Positions 40,541-50,642 of a DNA stretch of 64,000 bases are shown here, in pieces (within the stretch, counting starts at the first letter, position 1; each line of letters begins with the position of its first letter). The stretch is from contig CBDHHL010000032.1 in the NCBI GenBank assembly GCA_965263355.1, forward strand, positions 480,001 through 544,000, read 5' to 3'. Origin of the DNA: Leptolyngbyaceae cyanobacterium. Lineage in GTDB: Bacteria > Cyanobacteriota > Cyanobacteriia > Phormidesmidales > Phormidesmidaceae. Both the position numbers and the translations under genes were made by a program. Below the pieces are notes generated by a model. It worked only from the letters and a program-made list of their open reading frames with translations. It had not been told where the DNA came from and made no database searches.

Positions 40541-41716
40541 ATGAAAACCAATGCTTCTTCAATTCTACTAATAGATGACGATCTATTCTCACGTAAACTT
40601 CTGCAAGCAATGTTGCAAAAGGTAGGTTATCAAGTTATCGAGGCTGATAGCGGCGATAAAGGTCTGGAACTCTATCAGAAAATTTCTCCTGCACTAATTT
40701 TGCTAGACGCCAAAATGCCTGGCATGAGTGGATTTGATTGTTGCCGCAAAATCCGTCAACTTCCTGAAGGAAAACATATTCCTATTCTGATGGTGACTGG
40801 ACTTGAGGATCAAATGTCAGTCGAGGAGGCGTTTGCTTCTGGTGCTACTGACTATGTAACAAAACCTGTCCAAATGCCTATTTTAGCAGGGCGTGTACGT
40901 TATTTATTAAAAGCTTGGCAGGCCGAGAAAGAAGTTCGAGAAAGCAATGAACGGTTCCGGTTAGAGTTACATCGAGCAGCTGAATATGTGGAAGCACTTC
41001 TCCCTAATAACGATGATTCTAAAAAAAAGGAGAATATTCAGGCAAATATTCAGATCAACGTCCAGTATCAACCTTCGAATACCTTAGGTGGTGATGCTTT
41101 TGACTATGTTTGGTTAGATGATGAACATCTAATGTTCCATTTACTAGACGTAGCAGGGCATGGGGTTAAATCTGCATTATTATCAGTATCTGTTCTGAAT
41201 ATTTTGCGAAAACAGACATTACAAGGAGCTAATTTTTATAGACCTGAAACAGTTCTTGAAGCTTTGAATGGTGTTTTCCAAGTTAGTGATGATGGTGAAG
41301 ATTATTTCACTTTCTGGTATGGGGTTTATAACATTACTAACCGAGAATTAACATTTGCTTCTGCAGGTCACCCTCCTGCTGTGTTGGCTATGCCTGAGGG
41401 TGACGATTATAAGACCTGCTATTTAGATAGCGATGGTATTGCTATTGGACTGTTACCTGACTTTCCTTTTGATGTAAGGAAATTTGAAATCCCGGTTGGC
41501 AGTAGTCTTTATCTTTTTAGTGATGGAGTCTATGAGATTCCTATGGGAGATGACCATGAAATTTGGGGATTAGACTCTTGGACACAAGCTTTGAGAGGGC
41601 ATAAAGAGGCTAAATCTGAAAACCTAAAACCTTTGTTAGATGAAGCTTGCCGTATAAATGGTGGAACTAGTCTAGAAGATGATTTTTCAGTTCTCGAAAT
41701 TTGTTTCTTACAATAA
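40541..41716 (+). CDS. REC-PP2C (SpoIIE/RsbU-type) Ser phosphatase
   Basis: REC (IDDD, LLDAKMP, KP); GGDAF, DVAGHG, SAGHPP, SDGVYE, DDFS. Confidence 0.95.
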   Translation: MKTNASSILLIDDDLFSRKLLQAMLQKVGYQVIEADSGDKGLELYQKISPALILLDAKMPGMSGFDCCRKIRQLPEGKHIPILMVTGLEDQMSVEEAFASGATDYVTKPVQMPILAGRVRYLLKAWQAEKEVRESNERFRLELHRAAEYVEALLPNNDDSKKKENIQANIQINVQYQPSNTLGGDAFDYVWLDDEHLMFHLLDVAGHGVKSALLSVSVLNILRKQTLQGANFYRPETVLEALNGVFQVSDDGEDYFTFWYGVYNITNRELTFASAGHPPAVLAMPEGDDYKTCYLDSDGIAIGLLPDFPFDVRKFEIPVGSSLYLFSDGVYEIPMGDDHEIWGLDSWTQALRGHKEAKSENLKPLLDEACRINGGTSLEDDFSVLEICFLQ

Positions 41717-42404
41717 CTCTTTAGGTGAATAAACTTGTTATTTTTACGACTTGAGTGACTCTACATATTAGTGGAGGTTATAGATTTGAAATTGTTGACA
41801 TACTTTCTAGGATAGCTAAGCCATGCGGTATGATGATGTTCGATCAAAACAGGTCTTTAATGAGGTTGCGATCGCTAAGTTCAAAGGCTTTCAAATAGCC
41901 ATTCCTTCAAGAACGCAAACAGTCCCCCGAAAAATTTTCTCTACTTGGGTACCTCTCCCCAAACGCACTTATCACACTAAAGGAGGGATAATTTGGGATA
42001 GGCAGTTAAGCTTTTCCTTGTCAAAACTCAGAATTCAAAGTTTTTTTGCAAAATCTTCTGTATTTCCAGAGTTAAAGCGTTTAGCAGTAGGTGTCCCCAT
42101 TTCTTTTGAAATTCAAAGCACAGAGCCTTTACCCAGAGGTATTTGCAAGCAGGCAATGTTAACTTGCCGAATGTCTAGGGAAGAGAACATTTACTACAGC
42201 ATATTCCGAGACGTTACTCCCAAGTTTGTCAAAATCTTTCCCTGTCAGAGTATTATGCATTTAACTGATAAAATAGGTTTTGCCTCAATATTGAGAGAGA
42301 AGAAATAAAATCATAAACCACATATTACCTAAATCCTCAAGAAGTAGTGGTGTGGGAATAACATGTAAATAATTAAAGATGGTAAACAAGCTATCAACCT
42401 TTTT

Positions 42405-42836
42405 ATGAAAATAAGATTGACTATTCATGAGTTATTAGAAGGTTACAGGGTAGGTCAGCGAGATTTTCAAGATGTCGATCTGAGCGATATGATTTTAAGC
42501 TGGTCTGATTTAAGCAATATAGATTTGAGTGGTGCTAACCTATCTATTTCTATTATTGAAGGGATTTGTTTAGAAAATGCCAAATTACATCAAGTCAATT
42601 TGAGTCGCTCAGATATTACGGCTGCCAATCTTTGTTGTGCTGACCTCAGCCAAGCAAATCTCTATAAAGCAGATTTAAGGGGAGCTGACCTGACAGGGGC
42701 TAATTTGAGTCATGCAGATTTACGAAGTGCAGATTTAACTGGAGCTAACCTTAAAAACGCTAAGTTTTTGAAAACCAATCTTACCAGCACTCGATTCCGA
42801 AAGTCAGATTTAAATGATGCATTTTTTTACCCATAG
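42405..42836 (+). CDS. Pentapeptide repeat protein
   Basis: Y..GQRDF start, A(D/N)LxG repeats. Confidence 0.93.
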   Translation: MKIRLTIHELLEGYRVGQRDFQDVDLSDMILSWSDLSNIDLSGANLSISIIEGICLENAKLHQVNLSRSDITAANLCCADLSQANLYKADLRGADLTGANLSHADLRSADLTGANLKNAKFLKTNLTSTRFRKSDLNDAFFYP

Positions 42837-42898
42837 CTTTATTTCAATACACTCTAGGTAAAAAAAGCATAGATAAACATATCGTCAAAATAAGGAGA

Positions 42899-43273
42899 AT
42901 GGCAATGGCTACTGTCGTTAGACCCCAGACAATTGAAGAACTTAAGGCAATTAGTGCAGTACCTATTGTAATTGCCAATAGTCAAGGCTTAATCACCTAT
43001 ATCAATGACTGTTTTGAAAGGGTTTTGGAATGGTCCCAGGATGATGTCATAGGTGAACTGATCACTATTATTCTTCCTAGTAGCTTTAAAGACTCTCACA
43101 ATTTGGCCTTTTCCCGATTTCAGGCATCGGAAAAGGCCAATGTTTTGAATCACCCCCTGGAGTTAATGACTATTACCAAAAGTCAACAGGAAATCATGAC
43201 CGAACACTACATCATTGCAGAGAAAGTAAACGATGATTGGTTGTTTGGAGCCATGCTTACTCCCCTCAATTAA
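42899..43273 (+). CDS. Stand-alone PAS domain protein
   Basis: G.ITYIN..FE..L.W..D.VIG..I..I.P; AAGGAG RBS. Confidence 0.85.
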   Translation: MAMATVVRPQTIEELKAISAVPIVIANSQGLITYINDCFERVLEWSQDDVIGELITIILPSSFKDSHNLAFSRFQASEKANVLNHPLELMTITKSQQEIMTEHYIIAEKVNDDWLFGAMLTPLN

Positions 43274-43313
43274 GTAAGTAGATTCTCCAGGTCCCTAAAT
43301 AGAGGTCTCCTAA

Positions 43314-46300
43314 ATGTCTATAGAGGCTGATCCCAAGGCATTAGTAAGTCAACTGCATACGCTACGCAAAACTCTGGGCAAGATGGAGGTGGCTTTAGAT
43401 GCTGTTACTGATGCTATTGTCTGGACGGATGAACGAGGACGGATACAGTGGTGTAATGCTTTATTTGAGAAGCTGGTTCAGAAGCAGCAGCTAATGCTGT
43501 TGAGTAAACATCTAATTGATATATTACCGCTTTCTCAAGATGATCAAGGATTAACATCAGAGGATCATCCAGGCAATTTAGCCTTGTCGCAACAATGTCA
43601 AGGAACTAATTTCTATGATTTCTATCAAGACAACATTTTACGAATTCTTGAAATTTCCTGGGCCTCAGTCCAATTTGAAGATGCACGCTCAACGAGTGCA
43701 GTACTAGCAATTCGTGATGTTACTGAAAGAAAGAAAGCAGAATCAGAACTTGCACAATATCGAAAGCAGCTTGAGTCTTTAGTTGAACAGCGAACGGTTG
43801 AGCTAAGTAATGTCAATGAACATTTGCAGGCTGAGTTGTTAGAACGTCAGCGAGTTGAACAACTTTTAGTTCAAAGTGAAGCCGCCATTCGTGCTCTTTA
43901 TGAAGTAACTGCATCCCCTAAATTAGACTTTAACCAAGCAATCGAGGAATTGCTCAACTTTGGCTGTGAACAATTTAATTTGCCGATGGGGGTTTTGTCC
44001 AGGGTTCAGAGTAAACAGTATGAAGTATATCTGGCTCGATTGCCAAATCAAAAATCTGTTCGAGGAATACTTTTAAATCTTGATCATACCTATTGCCAGG
44101 ATGTAATTGCTAGTAATAAAACCCTTTGTATTCTTGCCGCGGGCAACACATCTTGGGCGAATAGTGCCTGTTACCAAAGCTTAAAGTTAGAAACTTATTT
44201 TGGTACACCTGTCTTGGTTGATAGCCAAGTTTATGGCACCCTTAATTTCTCTAGTCAAACGATTCGAGAAGAACCTTTTAGTGCTCTGGACAAAGAACTT
44301 TTGCGGCTTATGGCGCAATGGGTTGGTCGAGAAATAGAACGACAGCAAGTAGCGATCACTCTAGCTACGGCAAGAGACGATGCACTGGCAGCTACTAAGA
44401 CTAAGAGTGAATTTTTGGCGACGATGAGTCATGAAATCCGTACGCCTATGAATGCTGTTATTGGTATGACCAGCCTTTTGCTGGATACAGCGTTAACAGA
44501 TGAGCAGCGTAATTTTGTGACCACTGTTCGCAATAGTGGTAATGCATTATTAACACTAATCAACGATATACTAGATTTTTCTAAAATTGAGTCTGGTCAC
44601 CTTGAACTTGAATCTCATCCGTTTGATTTACGGTCATGTATTGAAGAAGCGTTTGATCTAATTGCTGCAAAAGCAGCTGAGAAGAAATTAGAGCTAGCCT
44701 TTCATATTGATTCAGTGATTCCCGATAGGTTTGTAGGAGATGTTACCCGTCTACGGCAGGTTTTGGTAAATCTCTTAGGAAATGCAGTTAAGTTTACCCA
44801 TCAAGGAGAGATCTCCATTTCCGTAACGAATTGGAAATCTTCATTGCCAGCTGAGATAGGTTCACAATCGCTAACTGAAACCCATCAGAGTCTCTGTTTT
44901 GCGGTTAAAGATACAGGCATTGGTATTCCTACCCAAAGAATAGAACGGTTATTTAAGGCATTTAGCCAAGTAGATTCTTCCACTACGCGTAAGTATGGTG
45001 GCACAGGTCTAGGGTTAGCTATTTGTAAACAGTTGACCGAAATGATGGGAGGTAAGATTTGGGTCGAGAGTCAAGTATCTCAAGGTAGCACATTCTTCTT
45101 TACAGTTATATTACAGGCTGCTTTAGAAAAAAGTAGCCATAAAAGAATTTTATCTCCATCTCAATTGGTTGGTAAACGATTATTAATCGTTGATGATAAT
45201 GCCACTAATCGTCAGATTTTAGAAAAGCAAACTCATTCTTGGGGGATGCTGACTCGAACAGCTTGCTCAGGTATGGAAGCTTTGGACTATTTTGAAAAGG
45301 GAGAAGTCTTTGATTTAGCTATTTTGGACATGCAAATGCCTGAAATGGACGGGATGACCCTGGCTCAAAAAATTCATGACCTCCCATATCAAGAATCATT
45401 GCCTTTGATGATGCTAACCTCTGTAGGGAAATATCAACTTTCTCAAGCAGATATTGAGAAACATTTTGTAGCATTTTTAAATAAGCCAATCAAGCAAGCT
45501 CAGTTATTAGAGAATTTAGTCAGACTTTGTACAGATAAGTTCGTTAAGTTTGAGCAGCCTAAAAAATTAGTAACAACAATTGATCACCATCTTGCTGAAA
45601 AGTATCCATTGCAAATTTTGCTGGCTGAGGATAATGGTGTTAATCAACAGTTGGCGACACAATTGCTCAAAAAAATGGGCTATCGTGCAGATGTTGTGGG
45701 TAATGGATTGGAAGCAATTAATGCTTTGGAGCGCCAATACTATGATGTGATCTTGATGGATTTACAGATGCCTGAAATGGATGGATTAACAGCCACACAA
45801 AAGATTTGTGAGCAATGGTCTGCTGCCAAGAGGCCTTGGATTATTGCTGTTACTGCAAACGCTATGCAAGGTGATCGTGAGGCTTGCCTGAAAGCTGGGA
45901 TGGATGACTATATTAGTAAGCCTATTCAGATTGAAGAGCTAGTAGCAGCATTACAGCAAGTGCCCTCCCAAGAAGTTCAAGAAAGCTGTAAAGAACAACT
46001 ATCATCAATACGGACTGAAGACAAAGAGCAAGAGCAGAAAGAAATTCAGATGCCTGCTCAAGTAATACAACCCCCTACTGTGAATGAGAATGCACAGACA
46101 ATAGAATCACCCATAGATCGGCATCAACTGTGTAATTTAATATCGATGATGGGAGGGGAAATAAGCGTCTTTAAGCAATTAGTTGATACCTATGTTAGTG
46201 AGTCTCCTGATCTGATCCAACGAATGGACCAAGCAGCTATGCAGAATGATGCTTCTGCCCTAGAACATAGTGCTCATACTTTAAAATCAAGTAGCCATTC

Positions 46301-46475
46301 TCTAGGAGCAATTGAATTATCTAACTTGTGTATGAGATTAGAAAAGATGGGACGTGAAAAACAAATAGATAACGCAATGAAACTGCTAGAAGATTTACAT
46401 GGAGAATATCAAAAAATCGAAACTATTTTAACAGCAAATGTGGATGAATTGATTTTGTATTGTAACGTTAGTTAA
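43314..46475 (+). CDS. Cytoplasmic hybrid histidine kinase PAS-GAF-HisKA-HATPase-REC-REC-Hpt
   Basis: [23 protein letters not shown], two receivers, AHTLKSSS. Confidence 0.95.
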   Translation: MSIEADPKALVSQLHTLRKTLGKMEVALDAVTDAIVWTDERGRIQWCNALFEKLVQKQQLMLLSKHLIDILPLSQDDQGLTSEDHPGNLALSQQCQGTNFYDFYQDNILRILEISWASVQFEDARSTSAVLAIRDVTERKKAESELAQYRKQLESLVEQRTVELSNVNEHLQAELLERQRVEQLLVQSEAAIRALYEVTASPKLDFNQAIEELLNFGCEQFNLPMGVLSRVQSKQYEVYLARLPNQKSVRGILLNLDHTYCQDVIASNKTLCILAAGNTSWANSACYQSLKLETYFGTPVLVDSQVYGTLNFSSQTIREEPFSALDKELLRLMAQWVGREIERQQVAITLATARDDALAATKTKSEFLATMSHEIRTPMNAVIGMTSLLLDTALTDEQRNFVTTVRNSGNALLTLINDILDFSKIESGHLELESHPFDLRSCIEEAFDLIAAKAAEKKLELAFHIDSVIPDRFVGDVTRLRQVLVNLLGNAVKFTHQGEISISVTNWKSSLPAEIGSQSLTETHQSLCFAVKDTGIGIPTQRIERLFKAFSQVDSSTTRKYGGTGLGLAICKQLTEMMGGKIWVESQVSQGSTFFFTVILQAALEKSSHKRILSPSQLVGKRLLIVDDNATNRQILEKQTHSWGMLTRTACSGMEALDYFEKGEVFDLAILDMQMPEMDGMTLAQKIHDLPYQESLPLMMLTSVGKYQLSQADIEKHFVAFLNKPIKQAQLLENLVRLCTDKFVKFEQPKKLVTTIDHHLAEKYPLQILLAEDNGVNQQLATQLLKKMGYRADVVGNGLEAINALERQYYDVILMDLQMPEMDGLTATQKICEQWSAAKRPWIIAVTANAMQGDREACLKAGMDDYISKPIQIEELVAALQQVPSQEVQESCKEQLSSIRTEDKEQEQKEIQMPAQVIQPPTVNENAQTIESPIDRHQLCNLISMMGGEISVFKQLVDTYVSESPDLIQRMDQAAMQNDASALEHSAHTLKSSSHSLGAIELSNLCMRLEKMGREKQIDNAMKLLEDLHGEYQKIETILTANVDELILYCNVS

Positions 46476-46480
46476 GCCAG

Positions 46481-46573
46481 TAAGTAGGTGGTCATGGATA
46501 GACGTAGCTCTGAATCATTGAGATGCTTATTTAAAGGCTCTCAATATCCTGAGTAGTTTTGGCCACCTACTTA
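46481..46573. mobile_element. Short MITE-like element, same end family as 12676-12839
   Basis: TA-AGTAGGTGGTCA ... TGGCCACCTACT-TA. Confidence 0.75.
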
Positions 46574-46719
46574 CAACTTGTATTCTTCAATTGATTAGCA
46601 ACTGTTAATTGAGTAGATATTTTTAGCATTGTGAGTGAAATAGGCGATTTTTATCATAAATTATCTGATTTAATCTGAAAAAATTTACTGTGGTTATACC
46701 ACCAAAAAATTAAAGAACT

Positions 46720-47727
46720 ATGGATGCAGCATTAAAAATGACTTCTTCTTCTAATAATGTTCCATTAATTTTAATTGTGGATGATGATGTCGTTTCGAAT
46801 TTTATGCTTTCTGAGATCTTGAATAAAGACGGTTATCAAACTTTGGTAGTTGAAGATGGACAGGCTGCTTTATCTGCATGTCAAAAAGGATTGCCAGATA
46901 TTATTTTAATGGATGCCATTATGCCCATTATGAATGGGTTTAATTGTTGTCAGTCACTACATATATTGTATGGTGATAGTTGTCCTCCAACTCTGATGAT
47001 CACGGGTTTAAATGATACTGAATCCGTGGAGCGTGCCTATGAGGTAGGAGCAGTAGATTATGTGACAAAGCCATTTCATTGGGCTGTACTACGTGGGCGT
47101 GTCCGTCAAGCAATTAATGCCCATCTCGCTCATCAAAAGCTCAAACAGGCGTTAGCAAAAGAGCGATTACTTCTTCAAGAGCTTAAACTTGCTAATCAGC
47201 AACTTCATCGTCTTGCATCTCTTGATGGTCTAACTAGTATTGCTAATCGTCGTGTATTTAATGAAAGACTTGAGAATGAATGGAAGAGACTATGTCGAGA
47301 GCAAGCACCACTGGGGCTTATTTTAATTGATATTGACTGTTTTAAGGCATACAACGATACTTATGGGCATTTAAATGGAGATAAGTGTCTACGTCAAGTT
47401 GCTAATGTAATTCACACCTGTGCACGTCGTCCTGCTGACATAGCAGCTCGCTATGGAGGAGAAGAATTTGCCTTAATCTTACCTAATACAAGTCTTGAAG
47501 GTGTTATGCATGTTGGTGAATCAATACAGCGACAACTTCATAAACTAGCTATTCCCCATACTTCGTCTGTAGTAGAATCTATAGTCACTGTCAGTATTGG
47601 TGCAATATCTGTTGTGCCAACCCATGTCGACTCGCCTCAAACTTTAATTAATTGGGCTGATCAAGCACTATATAGTGCTAAAAATAATGGTCGAAATCGC
47701 ATTGCATCTGCTTCCGAGCTACTGTAG
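46720..47727 (+). CDS. REC-GGDEF diguanylate cyclase
   Basis: DGLT, DIDCFK.YNDTYGH..GD, RPAD I-site, GGEEF. Confidence 0.95.
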   Translation: MDAALKMTSSSNNVPLILIVDDDVVSNFMLSEILNKDGYQTLVVEDGQAALSACQKGLPDIILMDAIMPIMNGFNCCQSLHILYGDSCPPTLMITGLNDTESVERAYEVGAVDYVTKPFHWAVLRGRVRQAINAHLAHQKLKQALAKERLLLQELKLANQQLHRLASLDGLTSIANRRVFNERLENEWKRLCREQAPLGLILIDIDCFKAYNDTYGHLNGDKCLRQVANVIHTCARRPADIAARYGGEEFALILPNTSLEGVMHVGESIQRQLHKLAIPHTSSVVESIVTVSIGAISVVPTHVDSPQTLINWADQALYSAKNNGRNRIASASELL

Positions 47728-47804
47728 TAGCCCCATTTTTGAATAGGACTTATGAGGAGAGATGACGTAAACGTCTTTGAAAAATCGCAGGTGATGCTAA
47801 GAAA

Positions 47805-47976
47805 GAGTTCGTAAATTATTGTGAAGGCCTCCTAAATGGCACATCTTCCGACCCTGTATAACCAGTAGTGTCGTGAGCACTGGAGGATTTTATGAGCCGT
47901 CTTCCTGTTGGTTAATCAATCGATGACGATGGACGTCAAAGACTCCTCAGGTTGCTTAATATTAGTTTACGAACTC
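47805..47976. mobile_element. Possible 172-bp MITE / internally deleted IS
   Basis: GAGTTCGTAAA ... TTTACGAACTC terminal inverted repeats; internal GGAGG-ATG stub; no clear target duplication. Confidence 0.5.
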
Positions 47977-48142
47977 AATCTAATATAACTTGCATGACAT
48001 TGAACATGCATAACCACCAATCTTCAATTTGGCTTTTCCATATGTAGACTTAGCCAACATCAGGTGGACAGCAGATCTCAAACATGCCTCAATGCGATAC
48101 ATTATTTTCATGTAGACACCTAGTCTCACCATTTGAAAGGCT

Positions 48143-48180
48143 AAAACCCTTAAAATCACATTGGTGAATTCAAGGGTTTT
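48143..48180 (-). terminator. Hairpin after the PEP-CTERM gene
   Basis: AAAACCCTT..ATCAC / GTGAAT..AAGGGTTTT. Confidence 0.55.
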
Positions 48181-48219
48181 GAATTAATCAATGTGTCCCA
48201 CAGGACTTCATTGTTATTC

Positions 48220-48969
48220 CTAGATTTTGCGTTTAAGAGAGAGGCTACCGACGGTAGAGACTCCCGCCAAAACCAAGAGGGAAGACGTAGGCTCTGGCAC
48301 ATTAGCAGAGTCAGCTGGAGCAATTTCAAACAAATCAAGGGTAGCATCAATTTCTTCAGGACCAGCGATCGCTAGTTCAATGGCACCCACATTGGTAAAA
48401 TCGGCATTTCCAACAAAATTGGAAAAGAGAAAACTTGCGTTTAAGGGAGAAGAATTAGAAACAGGGGTATCGAAAACCTGGCTAAGGCTTGAGGTATTGC
48501 TATTGGTGTCATAGACTGTAAAAGCAAGCTCCAAACCACCAAGGTCAGCAGAAAGAATATCTAGAAAGAAACCATCTAGGTTCGTACCTCCATCTTGGGT
48601 GATGTCGATTCCACCTAAACCTGTTGAATTAACCGTACTTGGATCGTCATCACCGTCCCAAACAATTAACCCAGCTCCGAGAGTACCTACATTATTACTG
48701 AAACTGAGTACACCATTATCCACTTTTAAGCGGGTTTCCAGAAAATTGTCTGCATTTCCCAATGCTTCTAGATCCCGGAATCCACCTAAAATTCCGCTGC
48801 TAGAGTTAACTTGGCTGTTAGAAGGTATGAAACCAGATATATCCAGAAGACCAACATCTTGTGCAGCTGAAAAGTCATCTAGGACAATTGTTCCTGCCTG
48901 AGCACTGCCTACTCCGAGTAGTGCTACAGTGACTGAGCAGCCTAGAAGTAGGCTAAAGCTGTTGCGCAT
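48220..48969 (-). CDS. PEP-CTERM sorting domain protein
   Basis: Signal peptide (AQA); C-terminal VPEPTS + hydrophobic stretch + KRK. Confidence 0.9.
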   Translation of the reverse strand: MRNSFSLLLGCSVTVALLGVGSAQAGTIVLDDFSAAQDVGLLDISGFIPSNSQVNSSSGILGGFRDLEALGNADNFLETRLKVDNGVLSFSNNVGTLGAGLIVWDGDDDPSTVNSTGLGGIDITQDGGTNLDGFFLDILSADLGGLELAFTVYDTNSNTSSLSQVFDTPVSNSSPLNASFLFSNFVGNADFTNVGAIELAIAGPEEIDATLDLFEIAPADSANVPEPTSSLLVLAGVSTVGSLSLKRKI

Positions 48970-49503
48970 ATCATGAAATCTCCAAGTGATGAACTACTGA
49001 AACATCGTAAAGGCGTTACTAATCGAGGGATAAAACAGATACGGGAACATACTTATATCTATGACCGCCTTGAATAATACTCAAATCAAAAATCCTGAGG
49101 ATATTCTGATTTATAATTGATTATTTATACCAATCGTAGTTTTTCCTTTTTGCTATAGACATCAGGAGATCCACTATTTCTCTAGAGAATTTTGCATTTT
49201 AATCTTCATTAGGCCCCTTGCAAAAATGATTATGTATTAGAGTGCTGTGCTTTGTAGTCTCTCTGAGGCAAAAATCAGTCACCAAAAGTGGCCAAGGGTC
49301 TGAAGTACACACCATTTTGCAGACAATAGCCTAAAAGCGCTTCAGGTCCTTTGGGCACAAACCCAGGTGGCCACTAATCGAGTAGTCACCTATTTCTTCA
49401 ATTGACTCTAGCAACATAGTCGGACGAAAAATACTGCAGCTTAACAGGCTGGATTAAGCACACAGCCTTGGATGTGGCATGATGTTCTGACTTATCTCAC
49501 TTT

Positions 49504-50553
49504 TTACTGAGGCACAACCGGAAATTCCACACAAACAATGGTACTGACTTCGGGTTGACTACTAATCTGTAGGTTTCCTCCTTGTAATTCAGCAATATAC
49601 TTGGCAATCACTAATCCTAACCCAATGCCTTGCTGTTCATATATTGATCGTTCAAATTGATTATAAGCAGCGACTTCAGCAATTTGTTCTGGTGTCATAC
49701 CACGCCCATGGTCTTGAATGCTCAAAATCATTTGCTCGCTTTCCCAGTGATTAGTAATAATGACCGAATCACCAGATTCAGAAAACTTGAAGGCGTTATC
49801 AATGAGTTCTTCCAGTAATTTCTCGTAAAAGAATGGTGATGTTATAATGTTGCCAGGTTGTAATTTGAGGCAAAGATCAGACTGACGCTCTGATTTTGCT
49901 GATAGATTGCCGGCTCGTTTACGAAAGTGATTCTGTTTGACTGGGTGTATAGTTAAGTGGACTAGATCGGTATAGACCAAAAATTTAGTAATAGTGGCCA
50001 GGAGACGTTCGCTAGAGACTAAAATTTCATTGCTGAGTTCTTGCACCTCAGGGTCGGGCATTGTGTTCAAAATTTCAGCAAAGCCAATGATGCCATTGAG
50101 AGGGGTGTTAAGCTCATGGGGGATGGAGCGAGCAATGTTAGTGCTTAATGCGGCGAGTTGCGCCTGTGATTGTTGACGTCGTACCTCCTTTTTATCTAGC
50201 CTTGTGTGGATACAATTTAGCAAGTCTTCAGTTCTAACAGGTTTAGTTAAATAATCATCTGCTCCTAAATTCATTCCTTTGCGAATATTAAGACGATGAG
50301 ATTTAGCTGTTAGAAAAATAAACGGTATAGTTGCTGTTGAACTCTTTTTCTTTAATCTTTGTAAGACCTGATGTCCATCAATAACAGGCATCATAATGTC
50401 ACAGAGTATGATATCAGGTAATATTTTCTCTGCAATTGCAGCTCCCTTAAGACCATTTTCAGCTACTAGTACATCAAAATCACTTAGCTCTAAAATTCGT
50501 TTTAAGCTTGATCGGATCTTTTCTTCGTCTTCAATAATTAGAATTCTCATCAT
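49504..50553 (-). CDS. REC-histidine kinase
   Basis: CDIMMP; PHELNTPLNG; DNAFKF; GIGLGL. Confidence 0.9.
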   Translation of the reverse strand: MMRILIIEDEEKIRSSLKRILELSDFDVLVAENGLKGAAIAEKILPDIILCDIMMPVIDGHQVLQRLKKKSSTATIPFIFLTAKSHRLNIRKGMNLGADDYLTKPVRTEDLLNCIHTRLDKKEVRRQQSQAQLAALSTNIARSIPHELNTPLNGIIGFAEILNTMPDPEVQELSNEILVSSERLLATITKFLVYTDLVHLTIHPVKQNHFRKRAGNLSAKSERQSDLCLKLQPGNIITSPFFYEKLLEELIDNAFKFSESGDSVIITNHWESEQMILSIQDHGRGMTPEQIAEVAAYNQFERSIYEQQGIGLGLVIAKYIAELQGGNLQISSQPEVSTIVCVEFPVVPQ

Positions 50554-50642
50554 AATGAATCCCTTTTGCTGAATCTATTTTGTTACCAAACCAACTAAAT
50601 AGGTCAGTAAGCTTGTCAATATCTAAATTAACGATGTTCTTA

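Noticed and set aside
41823..42308. 161-aa ORF between PP2C and pentapeptide genes
   Set aside because: No recognisable motif or clear RBS; may be real but unsupported.
49211..49333. Possible MITE (AGGC..TGCAAAAATG / CATTTTGCA..GCCT)
   Set aside because: Inverted repeats are gapped and weak; no convincing target duplication.
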